Virus record (IMG/VR): IMGVR_UViG_3300034116_001553 | Source of the DNA: an uncultured virus (IMG/VR IMGVR_UViG_3300034116_001553) | Taxonomy: Duplodnaviria > Heunggongvirae > Uroviricota > Caudoviricetes | Direction: 5' to 3' (one strand) | Length of the DNA: 64,000 nucleotides | Shown: positions 18,183 to 28,500 of the stretch, in pieces | How the letters are laid out: every line of letters begins with the position of its first letter | Position numbering within the stretch: position 1 is the first letter of the stretch | Made by a program: the position numbers and the translations under genes | The notes under the pieces: model-generated | What the model saw: the letters and a program-made list of their open reading frames with translations, nothing else | Database searches by the model: none | What the model was told of the DNA's origin: nothing

Positions 18183-18199
18183 TTATTTACGGTAAATAA
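18183..18199. promoter_or_regulatory. Palindromic back-to-back late-promoter motifs TTATTTAC-G-GTAAATAA
   Basis: Perfect 8-bp inverted repeat placing TAAATA on both strands between the gp55-like gene and the baseplate operon. Confidence 0.55.
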
Positions 18200-18216
18200 G
18201 GTACAAGGATAAAGAT

Positions 18217-19599
18217 ATGCCTTACATATTAATTGACGGTCGATTACAATTTGTCACCAATGCTGAATATACATCGCTTACTGCACAAGGCAGTGGGACT
18301 ACAGTTCCTATTGGCGGTATAAATTTACAAATTAACAACGAAGAACCGATTGTTATTCCAAATACCAGCGACAATTCGCCTGACCAATCATTTTTTGAAA
18401 TTGCTGAATTTGAAGCGGATCCTCAGCCAGTGGATGAATTTGCCGGTATTGATGAACAAATTGCAGCCAATGAAAATGACTTGCAAGAACCACCATTGTT
18501 GTCTCCAGAAGAAGTCGACGAAGAAATTTTCAATGCCGGCATTGATGTAGATGCCGAAATAGAAAGAGCCAGGGACGAAGGTGTTGACAACTTTGAACCA
18601 GAAGATGTGGATGAATTTGCCGGTATTGATGAACAAATTGCAGCCAATGAAAATGACTTGCAAGAACCACCATTGTTGTCTCCAGAAGAAGTTGATGCTG
18701 AAATTTTCAATGCCGGCATTGATGTGGATGCTGAAATAGAAAGAGCCAGAGACGAAGGTGCCGACCAGGCTGATGGCGAGCGTGAGTATGCCACACGAGC
18801 TCTTGCGCAAAAACAAGCAACACTACAGGCCCAAAGAAAACAGGCCAACGATGGTGACTGGCGTGTAAAACTTCGCCTGGCACCGTCTGCAAATTATTTG
18901 TACAAAGCAGAAGAACCAGGAATATTACAGCCATTGGCAATCACAGACGGAGTAGTATTTCCTTACACTCCACAGATCAACACCAACTACCAGGCCAACT
19001 ATTCAACTTACGATTTGACACACAGCAACTATCGCGGATACTTTTATCAAAACAGCTACGTTGGCGAGATCGCTATACAAGCAACATTCACAGCACAAGA
19101 CACCTACGAAGCAAATTACCTGCTGGCAGTGATACATTTTTTCCGTAGTGTTACCAAAATGTTCTATGGTCAAGATGCTGAACGAGGTGCACCTCCCCCA
19201 CTGGTATATCTACAAGGTCTGGGCCAATACCAATTTAACCTAGCACCTTGCGTGGTCAGTCAGTTTACATATAATTTACCCACAGATGTTGACTACATTC
19301 GTGCAGGAAGTACAAACATCAACGGCACTGATTTACAGTTTCGCAGAGACAGACAAAACCTGCCAACAAACCCATTTTCATCAGCCTGGCAGAGATTGAC
19401 CACTGCTGGATTGAGCAAGGGCGGATTGTTTAGTCCTCCGGCACCAGCAACATTGGGCACAGATAGACCAACGTATGTTCCTACTAAAATTGACCTAAGC
19501 CTCACGCTATTGCCAATGCAGAGTAGAGAACAAGTTAGTAAACAGTTTAGTCTCAAACAATTTGCCAATGGCGATCTACTAAAAGGAGGATTCTGGTAA
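18217..19599 (+). CDS. Baseplate/tail-tube junction protein (gp48/gp54-like) with acidic repeated N-terminal extension
   Basis: C-terminal DWRVKL...GVVFPYTPQI...HSNY...FFRSVTKMFYG...GAPPP...VPT pattern of tail-tube-initiator proteins. First gene of the baseplate operon. Confidence 0.6.
   Translation: MPYILIDGRLQFVTNAEYTSLTAQGSGTTVPIGGINLQINNEEPIVIPNTSDNSPDQSFFEIAEFEADPQPVDEFAGIDEQIAANENDLQEPPLLSPEEVDEEIFNAGIDVDAEIERARDEGVDNFEPEDVDEFAGIDEQIAANENDLQEPPLLSPEEVDAEIFNAGIDVDAEIERARDEGADQADGEREYATRALAQKQATLQAQRKQANDGDWRVKLRLAPSANYLYKAEEPGILQPLAITDGVVFPYTPQINTNYQANYSTYDLTHSNYRGYFYQNSYVGEIAIQATFTAQDTYEANYLLAVIHFFRSVTKMFYGQDAERGAPPPLVYLQGLGQYQFNLAPCVVSQFTYNLPTDVDYIRAGSTNINGTDLQFRRDRQNLPTNPFSSAWQRLTTAGLSKGGLFSPPAPATLGTDRPTYVPTKIDLSLTLLPMQSREQVSKQFSLKQFANGDLLKGGFW
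18430..18760 (+). repeat. In-frame tandem duplication, 177-bp period
   Basis: GTGGATGAATTTGCCGGTATTGATGAACAAATTGCAGCC... starts at 18430 and again at 18607; about 154 bp are nearly identical (VDEFAGIDEQIAANENDLQEPPLLSPEEVD.EIFNAGIDVDAEIERARDEG). Confidence 0.95.
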
Positions 19600-19898
19600 T
19601 GGCTGTTTACGACTCAACCAGTCCGTACTTTAACACAAAGTATACGCAATTCTATTTGGACATGATGGTCAATAGATCATTGCCAAAAGAAAATGACGAC
19701 AAACTATTTCGCATAAATCAAACGTACCAGTACAGACCAGATTTGCTGGCCTTTGACTTGTATGAAAACGCCGGCCTTTGGTGGGTATTCTATCAACGTA
19801 ACCCAAACACACTACAAGCACCACCCTGGGACTTTGAAGCAGGAAAAAAGATTTACGTTCCTAAAATTACTACCTTACGTGCCGCACTAGGATTTTAA
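19599..19898 (+). CDS. Baseplate wedge protein, gp53/LysM-like
   Basis: YRPDLLAFDLYENAGLWWVF..RN motif. Confidence 0.75.
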   Translation: MAVYDSTSPYFNTKYTQFYLDMMVNRSLPKENDDKLFRINQTYQYRPDLLAFDLYENAGLWWVFYQRNPNTLQAPPWDFEAGKKIYVPKITTLRAALGF

Positions 19899-22832
19899 AT
19901 GGCAACTATACCACCAGATGACGGTCCGGACAGCGCCGGGCAAATTATTATTAATGCACAGATTGCACAAGACGATGGTGCCAATTTCATACAGCCCGAC
20001 ACAACTGTCAGTTACTTAAATGACGAAGGGGAAATTGTTCCGGGACCGGAAGATCTAACAGATACCAATGCTGACAGTTACAATGAAGACGCAGACTTTG
20101 GTACCGACGCTGAAACCAGAGAAATAAGCGACACTCAAACTATACCTCCTCCCACTGCTGAACCGTCCATGCCTGAAGAAGGGCTACAAGGTGAAAACAA
20201 CGAGGAAGCAGCCAATGGCACACTTGCTGAGGACATGGCAGGTCGACCAATACCGTCAAGATCATTGGGACCATTTGCTGCCGGTGACGACCAAACAAAC
20301 CCCACACGAGCAACACTAAACAATTTGTTTGGTGCCAATAAAATTACACCCAAGCCCAACGAACTCAGTAAGTTTGTTTCTTACACTTACAGTATCAGCA
20401 TGTATATTCTAGGTCCTGAAGAGTTTAAAAATATGGTGCGCACAAAGCGCAAAACAGTTCCCGGCAATCAACTACTGATGCAAAGTGGAGGAGCACCTGT
20501 GTCATCGGGACTTACCACTACATCAAGTGTTCCGCTGTCGTTTGACGTTGAAGAAATGACCAGTGCATTGTTAAATCCTCAACAGGCATCACTGGGCAGA
20601 AATCAATTTTTTCCTTTGGATTTTTATATTGAAGATGTAAAACTTGAAGGTGTATTAAATGGCAAAGGCACCAATTCTGCACACAACACTACCAAGATGA
20701 CATTTAAAATTGTTGAACCCAATGGCATCAGTTTACTAGACAATTTATATGCGGCAACTCAACAGTATGTTGGAAAAAAGACTGGCGGCAAACAAAACTA
20801 TTCAGCACAAAACTTTTTAATGGTAATTCGTTTTTATGGATATGACAGTAACGGAACACTAGTCAAAGGGTCGGGTACCAAGAGTCCAGATGGATACAGT
20901 GATTCTAATGCTATCATTGAAAAGTTTATACCTTTTCAATTTACCGGGATCAAATTTCGTATTGCCAACAAGTTAACTGAATATGAGTGCGAAGCAGTTT
21001 GCCCACAAAATTTAATTGCTTCAGGTCAAGCCCGTGGAGTAATCCCTTATAATGTTGAATTAACGTCAACCTCTTTAAAAGAACTGTTGGTTGGCAATGC
21101 CAACTTCTCGACTATAAATCAAACAGGCGGCACCAATGGTAGGGAACCAAGGTCAGACACTGGCCCTCAATATTCTGCCGGTGCTGGCCGTGGAAGCACA
21201 GCCGGGTTACCTCAAGCACAGCCCGAAGAAGGTGTAATGGTAGTAGGAGAAAACGGAGTCGAAGGAACTAGCACAGTGGATGCTGGTACAAGCCCAACTC
21301 AAAATTCAGCTCCGCCAAAAGCCAGTGCCGCGCCTAACCCGACTATTGTGTCTGGTCTAGTCAATGCATTAAACAAATACGAACAAGAAAAAGTTAAAAA
21401 AGGAATTTTTAATGTTCCTGACCAGTACGAAATTATAATCACTAATTCAATTTTAGAAAGTGCTAAAGTTGTTCCTCCTGGCCAGACCAATAAAAAGAAC
21501 ACTCCTATGATACAGGCAACCAGTGCTGATCAACAGGGGCTAGGAGAAAAACAAAGCATGAATACCACTGGAAAAACAACTAGTATTCTAGCAGGTAAAA
21601 GTATTGTGCAGTTCATAGATGAAGTAACAAGAACCAGCAGTTACATCACAGACCAACAGATTAAAATTATCGACCCAGTTACAGACAAAGAAAAACCACA
21701 AGGTGTTCCGGGCAAGATCATGGGCTGGTACCGAATTGGTTTAGAAGCAACTCCTATCAAGTATGACGAAAAGCGCAGAGACTATGCATATAAGATTACC
21801 TATCAGTTGAGCCCTTATGCTGTCAGCGATGTTAAAAGTGATTACTTTCCGAATAGTGCATTTAAAGGAACACACAAAAAATATAGCTATTGGTTTACCG
21901 GCGAGAACAACGAAATACTAGATTTTAATCAAGACTACAACTATCTCTATTACATTGTTTCTAACACTAAACAAAAACCACCCACTAGATTAGTTGATTA
22001 TCGTGAATACGAAAAACGTGCATTCCAGCCTCGAAGCAATCAGACTGATCAGGGCATTGAAGGTCGTGTGAATGAACCAGGCGCCAACGCTGCCGATTAC
22101 TTGTATAGTCCAGCCGACCTAAGCAGAGCACGATTGACCATTGTTGGAGATCCAGCATGGATTCAACAAGGAGAATTATGGTCGGGTGTTGCTGGCTTAA
22201 GATTCAACTACGGACCTTTCTTACCTGATGGAACTATCAATACAGAGAGTCAAGAAGCATTGTTTGAAGTTTCGTTTAACAAGCCAGTTGACTATAATAT
22301 GAACACAGGTATAATGGACCCTGGCACACAGAACTACAATGCAAATCGCAGTATTGGACGAGCTGGAGATGCAAGACACAGTTATGTTTACAAAGCAGTT
22401 AAAATTGTCAGTAACTTTAGCCGAGGCCGTTTCACACAAGACTTAGAAGGTGTACTAGTTACATTTCCTGTGCCAGACAATTTGGCACAACAGATTGCTG
22501 ACCAAAACGCTGAGTCAAACCAGCAGGCAAGATCTACATCAGCAGGCACATCTCGTACAAGAAGTATGTCTGGCGCAAACTCTGAAGAGGTTGACAACTC
22601 AGCTGAGGAGTATGATGACACTTACAATGAATCGATAAGTGATGACACCGCCGGAGATGAATTGGACACCGGCAGTGAATATTACGATGACCAAGAACCC
22701 GATTATGCTGAAGCAGATGAGCCACCGGACTCGGGAGGCGAAGATGTGGGCGTACCTCAGGATTTTCAAGCTGAGGAAGAAGACGGAAATGTCACAGAAG
22801 AACCGTCACAAATTATGGATAGAGAGTACTAA
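19899..22832 (+). CDS. Baseplate hub protein (gp27-like) with acidic terminal extensions
   Basis: Located between the gp53-like and gp5-like genes; LTIVGDPAWI and FSRGRFTQDL motifs; Asp/Glu-rich ends. Confidence 0.5.
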   Translation: MATIPPDDGPDSAGQIIINAQIAQDDGANFIQPDTTVSYLNDEGEIVPGPEDLTDTNADSYNEDADFGTDAETREISDTQTIPPPTAEPSMPEEGLQGENNEEAANGTLAEDMAGRPIPSRSLGPFAAGDDQTNPTRATLNNLFGANKITPKPNELSKFVSYTYSISMYILGPEEFKNMVRTKRKTVPGNQLLMQSGGAPVSSGLTTTSSVPLSFDVEEMTSALLNPQQASLGRNQFFPLDFYIEDVKLEGVLNGKGTNSAHNTTKMTFKIVEPNGISLLDNLYAATQQYVGKKTGGKQNYSAQNFLMVIRFYGYDSNGTLVKGSGTKSPDGYSDSNAIIEKFIPFQFTGIKFRIANKLTEYECEAVCPQNLIASGQARGVIPYNVELTSTSLKELLVGNANFSTINQTGGTNGREPRSDTGPQYSAGAGRGSTAGLPQAQPEEGVMVVGENGVEGTSTVDAGTSPTQNSAPPKASAAPNPTIVSGLVNALNKYEQEKVKKGIFNVPDQYEIIITNSILESAKVVPPGQTNKKNTPMIQATSADQQGLGEKQSMNTTGKTTSILAGKSIVQFIDEVTRTSSYITDQQIKIIDPVTDKEKPQGVPGKIMGWYRIGLEATPIKYDEKRRDYAYKITYQLSPYAVSDVKSDYFPNSAFKGTHKKYSYWFTGENNEILDFNQDYNYLYYIVSNTKQKPPTRLVDYREYEKRAFQPRSNQTDQGIEGRVNEPGANAADYLYSPADLSRARLTIVGDPAWIQQGELWSGVAGLRFNYGPFLPDGTINTESQEALFEVSFNKPVDYNMNTGIMDPGTQNYNANRSIGRAGDARHSYVYKAVKIVSNFSRGRFTQDLEGVLVTFPVPDNLAQQIADQNAESNQQARSTSAGTSRTRSMSGANSEEVDNSAEEYDDTYNESISDDTAGDELDTGSEYYDDQEPDYAEADEPPDSGGEDVGVPQDFQAEEEDGNVTEEPSQIMDREY

Positions 22833-25108
22833 TGGCTGATAATATTCAACGTACCAAAGGCCGCGGTGCCGGCTATAAGTTTGATCGCGGAGGCACCCCT
22901 ACTGAGTTTGGGCCGTACATTGGCAGGATTATGAACAACGTTGACCCCACCAGGTCAGGACGACTGCAAGTTTATATTGAACAGTTTGGCGGAAGTAACC
23001 CTAAAGATAAAAGTCTTTGGCGTACTGTAAGTTATGTTCCGCCATTTTACGGAGTTACTCCTCACACAGGAACTAATGTTGGAACTGGAACATTTACTGG
23101 CAATCAACAAAGTTATGGCATGTGGTTTACTCCTCCTGACGTTGGTACCAGAGTTATTTGTATATTTGTCGCTGGCGATCCAAACCAAGGATATTATATT
23201 GGGTGTGTTCCTGAAGAAGGAATTACTCACATGCTACCAGCAATTGGCTCTAGTAAAAAATTTCAATTGTCAGACAGTCAGAAAGCTTTGCTTGGATCAG
23301 CTACACAGTTACCAGTAACAGAAATCAACAATACCAATTTAAAAATTTCTGAAAATCCACGATTCTTTGATCAAGCCAAGCCAGTACACTCGGTTGTTGC
23401 CGCAGAAATGCTACAACAGGGATTAATTAATGATACCGTACGTGGACCAATCAATAGCAATAGCCAGAGAGAAAGCCCGTCAAGCGCCTACGGTATAACA
23501 ACTCCCGGTCGACCAATTTATCAAGGTGGACTTGCTGAATCTGATATTAAACAAAAATTACAAAGTGGCGCAGTAAGACCACAAGACTTAAAAGTAATTG
23601 CTCGTCGTGGTGGTCACAGCATTGTCATGGATGACGGAGACCTCGAAGGTAAAGATAATTTAGTTCGTATTCGGACCAGCAAAGGCCACCAAATCACAAT
23701 GAGTGATGATGGCAATTGTTTTTACATTGTGCATGCCAACGGTCAAGCCTGGATCGAGCTAGGGGCCGAGGGCACAGTTGATGTGTACGCTACAAATTCT
23801 GTAAACGTCAGAACACAGGGAACTATTAATCTTCATGCAGACAAGGATGTTAACATCTATGCCAAGGAAAATTTCAACGTAAAAAGTGGAACAATCAAAA
23901 TTGAAGGTGACAAATCCTTTGACTTGCTGTCAACCAGTGCTATCAAAATGTACAGCAAAGCTGATATTGGAATCACTGCCGACGGGTCACTGGTGCTTAA
24001 AAATGGCAGTTCAGGTGGATGGGATGCCGGTGATAGTTTGGTATTGGTAGCAGGCACAATTGATTTAAATGGTGGTACTGCACCCTCTCCCCCGGAAAAT
24101 CCAAAACCGTTTACAGATTACGAGCTACCAGATACTTCGTTTGGCCCTTCAGGATGGACGTCAACTCCGGGTAAACTTAAAACAATTGTCACTAGAGCAC
24201 CCACACATGAACCTTGGTCTGCACACAATACAGGGGTATCTGCTGATGTGAGTTTTGATGGCGAAGGTGGAGATGCTGGCGGCGGTGATGGAACAGCAAC
24301 AGACGTTGCTGGTGGTGATGTTGGCGCTGTAACAACAACGGACATTGCAGGCGGAGGCAATATTGAAACTCCTGCAGAAATGACAGTAACAGAAACTAAC
24401 AATCAATTAATTTCAAACCCAATTAATTCAGCAGACTTCCTAAGTCAATCACCTGCTGAAATCAGCCTAGGTAGCTTGGATAAAAGCCAGGTTACTGGAT
24501 TGTTAGCATCAGCATCAGGAGCGTCAGGACTTAAATTAGACTCAGTTGACCCTACAAAAGGTATTGGCAAGTATGGACTGAGTCCTAAGCAATTGGAGTC
24601 GTCGGGCTTCTTAAAGCCAGGAACGGTACAGCAATATCTGTCAGACCCTGCTAAACTACAATCAGTGTTGGCAAGCCCAACAGTTTGGACTGGTAAAGGT
24701 GGTGTAGGTAACTTGAGCAAGTTGTTGTCCAGCGATAAAATTCAAAATATGGCACAGCAAGAACTCATGACAGGGGCACTAGCAGGGCTTAAATCTTCAG
24801 GATTGGCCACAGGTAAAGAAAGTCCAGCACAGCTAGCGGCTCTTGTACAAAGTACAACAAAGTTTGGACTTGATGCTACCAAAGCCTGGAGTAAAGGTAA
24901 TGCACCAGCAGCCATTGCTTCAGAATTTAATAATCTAGCCAAGAGTGCTAGTCAAGCCGCATCGTTTGTTACTGCCAAAGCTGGCGAGCTTGGTGCAGTT
25001 GGACAACAGGTAACAAATGCAGTTGGCACAGTAAAACGTGCAGGCCTTGACAAAGCATTAACAAGCATACTTGGTGATCCAAAAATTCCAACACCAAAAT
25101 TTGGCTGA
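22832..25108 (+). CDS. Baseplate central spike protein, gp5/VgrG-like
   Basis: OB-fold DPTRSGRLQVYI...GMWFTPPDVGTRV, then GHSIVMDD / GHQITMSD and beta-helix-like repeats. Confidence 0.8.
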   Translation: MADNIQRTKGRGAGYKFDRGGTPTEFGPYIGRIMNNVDPTRSGRLQVYIEQFGGSNPKDKSLWRTVSYVPPFYGVTPHTGTNVGTGTFTGNQQSYGMWFTPPDVGTRVICIFVAGDPNQGYYIGCVPEEGITHMLPAIGSSKKFQLSDSQKALLGSATQLPVTEINNTNLKISENPRFFDQAKPVHSVVAAEMLQQGLINDTVRGPINSNSQRESPSSAYGITTPGRPIYQGGLAESDIKQKLQSGAVRPQDLKVIARRGGHSIVMDDGDLEGKDNLVRIRTSKGHQITMSDDGNCFYIVHANGQAWIELGAEGTVDVYATNSVNVRTQGTINLHADKDVNIYAKENFNVKSGTIKIEGDKSFDLLSTSAIKMYSKADIGITADGSLVLKNGSSGGWDAGDSLVLVAGTIDLNGGTAPSPPENPKPFTDYELPDTSFGPSGWTSTPGKLKTIVTRAPTHEPWSAHNTGVSADVSFDGEGGDAGGGDGTATDVAGGDVGAVTTTDIAGGGNIETPAEMTVTETNNQLISNPINSADFLSQSPAEISLGSLDKSQVTGLLASASGASGLKLDSVDPTKGIGKYGLSPKQLESSGFLKPGTVQQYLSDPAKLQSVLASPTVWTGKGGVGNLSKLLSSDKIQNMAQQELMTGALAGLKSSGLATGKESPAQLAALVQSTTKFGLDATKAWSKGNAPAAIASEFNNLAKSASQAASFVTAKAGELGAVGQQVTNAVGTVKRAGLDKALTSILGDPKIPTPKFG

Positions 25109-25147
25109 TGATTTCTAAAATCCACCAACCTCACGAAAAATAACCAA

Positions 25148-25153
25148 TAAATA
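25148..25153 (+). promoter_or_regulatory. Late-promoter-like TAAATA
   Basis: 5 nt upstream of the gp25-like ATG. Confidence 0.6.
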
Positions 25154-25158
25154 ATAGC

Positions 25159-25533
25159 ATGCCTACATTTATTGGTTTCAGTACTATCAATCAGTACAAA
25201 AAGTTTACCCTGGTTGACTTTGAGTTAATCAAGCAAGACCTGTCAAATGCTCTCAACATTCAGCAAGGTGAGCTGCCTGGCCGCCCAGGATATGGTACTA
25301 TAATTTGGAGTTTTATATTTGAAAATCAGACTCCTGAAACGGAACGTGGTATTCTTGCTGAACTACAACGTGTAGCAGGTGGTGACCCAAGAATTTATCT
25401 GTCAGATGCATCAGTTTATCCACAGCTTAATGGGATACTAATTGAAGTTGCAGTACAAGTGGTAGGAAGTTCAACGGCAGAACGATTGGCCATATTCTTT
25501 GACCAAGAAACTCGTAGAGCAAGTTTTATCTAA
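25159..25533 (+). CDS. Baseplate wedge subunit, gp25-like
   Basis: LIKQDLSNALNIQQGELPGRPGYGTIIW..IFE...DPRI. Confidence 0.85.
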   Translation: MPTFIGFSTINQYKKFTLVDFELIKQDLSNALNIQQGELPGRPGYGTIIWSFIFENQTPETERGILAELQRVAGGDPRIYLSDASVYPQLNGILIEVAVQVVGSSTAERLAIFFDQETRRASFI

Positions 25534-25556
25534 AACTACTCAGTTTATACAAACCA

Positions 25557-25562
25557 TAAATA
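25557..25562 (+). promoter_or_regulatory. Late-promoter-like TAAATA
   Basis: Intergenic, 18 nt upstream of the gp6-like ATG. Confidence 0.55.
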
Positions 25563-25580
25563 TGAAAACAGTGAGAGAAT

Positions 25581-28500
25581 ATGGCAAAGACAGCAAGACA
25601 AACCGCAATATTTGGAGTTGAGGACTGGAAAAGATTATACCAGACCTACCGCGAGGCCGACTTTCAAAGTTACGACTTTGAAACACTACGCAAGAGCTTC
25701 GTTGACTACCTGAGACTTTATTATCCAGAAACATTCAATGACTACATTGAAAGTTCGGAATTTATTGCATTACTTGACGTTATGGCCTTTATGGGTCAGA
25801 GTCTTGCATTCCGTAATGATCTAAACACTCGCGAAAACTTTATGGACACCGCTGAACGTCGTGACAGCGTTGTTCGTCTTGCCAATCTTATAAGTTATAC
25901 TCCAAAGCGTAACGAAGCCGCTCAAGGATTGTTAAAAGTATTCTCTGTGTCGACCACAGAAAATGTTGTTGACTACAACGGAATTAATCTTTCAAATGTT
26001 ACCATTGATTGGAACGACCCAACAAACCCAAATTGGTTTGAACAACTAACACTGATTATTAATGCCAGTCTAGTAGACAGTCAAAAATATGGGCGCCCAG
26101 GCAATAAACAAACGCTTTTAGGCATTGATACTTCTGAATATGCAATCAATTTAGTACCTGGGTTTTTGCCTGTCATTCCTTATACCACCGCAGTTGACGG
26201 CGTCAACATGCCGTTCGAAGCAGTCAGCGGCACTAGCCAGGGCAAAGACTACATCTATGAACCAGCACCTCGTCCTAATGGCGTATTCAATGTTATGTAC
26301 CGCAACGATTCGCTGGGGTTTGGCAGTGAAAACAATGGATTCTTTTTCTTATTTAAACAGGGTGTATTGCAAAACCAAGACTTTAACCTAGCTGAAGCAC
26401 TTCCTAACCGCACAGTCAACATCAATATTGAAGGTATTAACAACCAAGACTATTGGTTATATCAACTGGATAATATTGGTTCTATTGCCACTGAGTGGAA
26501 ATATGTTGAAAGTGTCTATGCTGCCGCACTTGAACAGCTTTCTCCTGATCAACGCAAAATTTATTCTATTACAAGTCGAACCAATGATCAAATCACCATG
26601 ACATTTGGTGACGGAGTATTCAGCGAAGTCCCAGTGGGCTTTTATCGTACCTATGTTCGTGCCAGCAATGGATTAAGATATATCATTAATCCTGAGGAAA
26701 TGCAAAGTATTTCCTTGCCTATCAGCTACATCAGCCGCACAGGGCGCCTGGAAACAATTACATTCACATGCGGTATTACAACTCCAGTAAGCAATGCCGC
26801 TCCTCGTGAAACCATTGATGAAATTAAACAACGTGCGCCTGCTCGTTACTACACACAGAACCGTATGGTCAACGGCGAAGATTACAACAACTTTCCGTTT
26901 ACTTTGTATAATAGCATTATCAAAAGCAAGGCAGTGGCACGGTCTAGTACAGGCACCAGTCGATATGTAGATTTTACTGATATCACCGGCAAGTACAGTT
27001 CCACTAACATTTTTGCATCTGATGGCGTACTATATCGTCAGAACGTATTGCCAAGCTTTGACTTTGCTTGGATCAATCGCAACGACATTGTTGATACTAT
27101 TGCTAACAACATAGAACCAATTCTTCCTGGCCGCAGTATGCAACAGTTTTACTATGCGAATTATCCTCGCCCAAGTTTATCTGTATTAAATTTTGCCTGG
27201 AACCAAAGCACAACTGTGGTTAGAGAAACCACTGGATATTTTTATGTTGGCACCCCAACCTCTCCACAGTCTATTGGTAGCTATGCCAGTAACAATGCCA
27301 AATACTTAACACAAGGATCATTGATTAAATTTGCCGCTCCGTCAGGATACTTCTTCGACGCAAACAACAAGCTAGTTGCTGGAGTTCCATTACGTGCTGA
27401 CGAAAAATTAATTATCTGGGCAACAATCATGGCAGTGGTGTTAGACGGAACTAACCAAGGTCTAGGCAACTTTCCTGATGGAACTGGGCCGGTTATTTTA
27501 AACAATTTTGTACCCACCGGCGCTCTTGCAGTAGAAGTAATTCCTAAATTTATTGACGATTTACCAAGCACAATTCGTCAACAAATGTTACAACAGATTG
27601 AATTGTTTAGAAACTTTGGGTTGGGTTATAATAACTTAACATCGACCTGGTATCTGATTACCAGCTCAAACCTACACCAAGATGCTCCGTTTAGCCTTTC
27701 TTATGCACAAAATACCGAAGGATTAAATCTTGATGCTTCCTGGCTAATCCAATTTATTACCAACGGGGTTTCTTACACAGTGGTTTCTCGTGGGTTGGAT
27801 TATGTTTTTGCCAGTGTACTACAAACACGTTTTACCTTTGACGGCAACGAAAGCATCTATGACAGTCGCACTGGATTAGTAATTGATGATTTCATAAAAG
27901 TATTAAAAACAAACTCAAAACCTGACAGCAACCAACCGTTGACCAGCGATGTTAAAATGGATATTATTGCACAGCCAGTACAAAGCGACGGCTATGTCAA
28001 CGACTACGAAGTTATTGTTAGCTATGTTGATTCGGATGCTGATGGCGTTGCGGATAACCCAGACTTCTTTGATGAAATTGTTGCACCAAACATTGATCCA
28101 AATTCAAAATTAATATTTTTAAAACAAACAGTTGATTTTGATAATCTAGAAAGATATCTACCAGTTGAACCTGGCATTGTAAATGCTCAATACGCAACCA
28201 AGAATGACATTGAGGTAGTTAAAACTCAATTTGTTGGTGGACAAGTATTTTACGCATATGACGAAAAGGTATTTTATGAGTTGGTCTTTACAGTAGTAAA
28301 TGGAATTGTACAACGTACACTAGTGCAAACAAATATCTACAAGGCTAGAATTGGCAGACAAACACTTGGATTTCAATATAGACATAATAGTCCATTGACT
28401 AACATTATTGATCCAGGATCAACCAACATCATTGACTTATATTTGGTAGTTGCGGAGTATTATACTGCTTATCAGAATTACATCAAAGACACCACAGGTA

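Noticed and set aside
18430..18760. 177-bp repeat as a CRISPR array or mobile element end
   Set aside because: It is an in-frame coding duplication of two long units.
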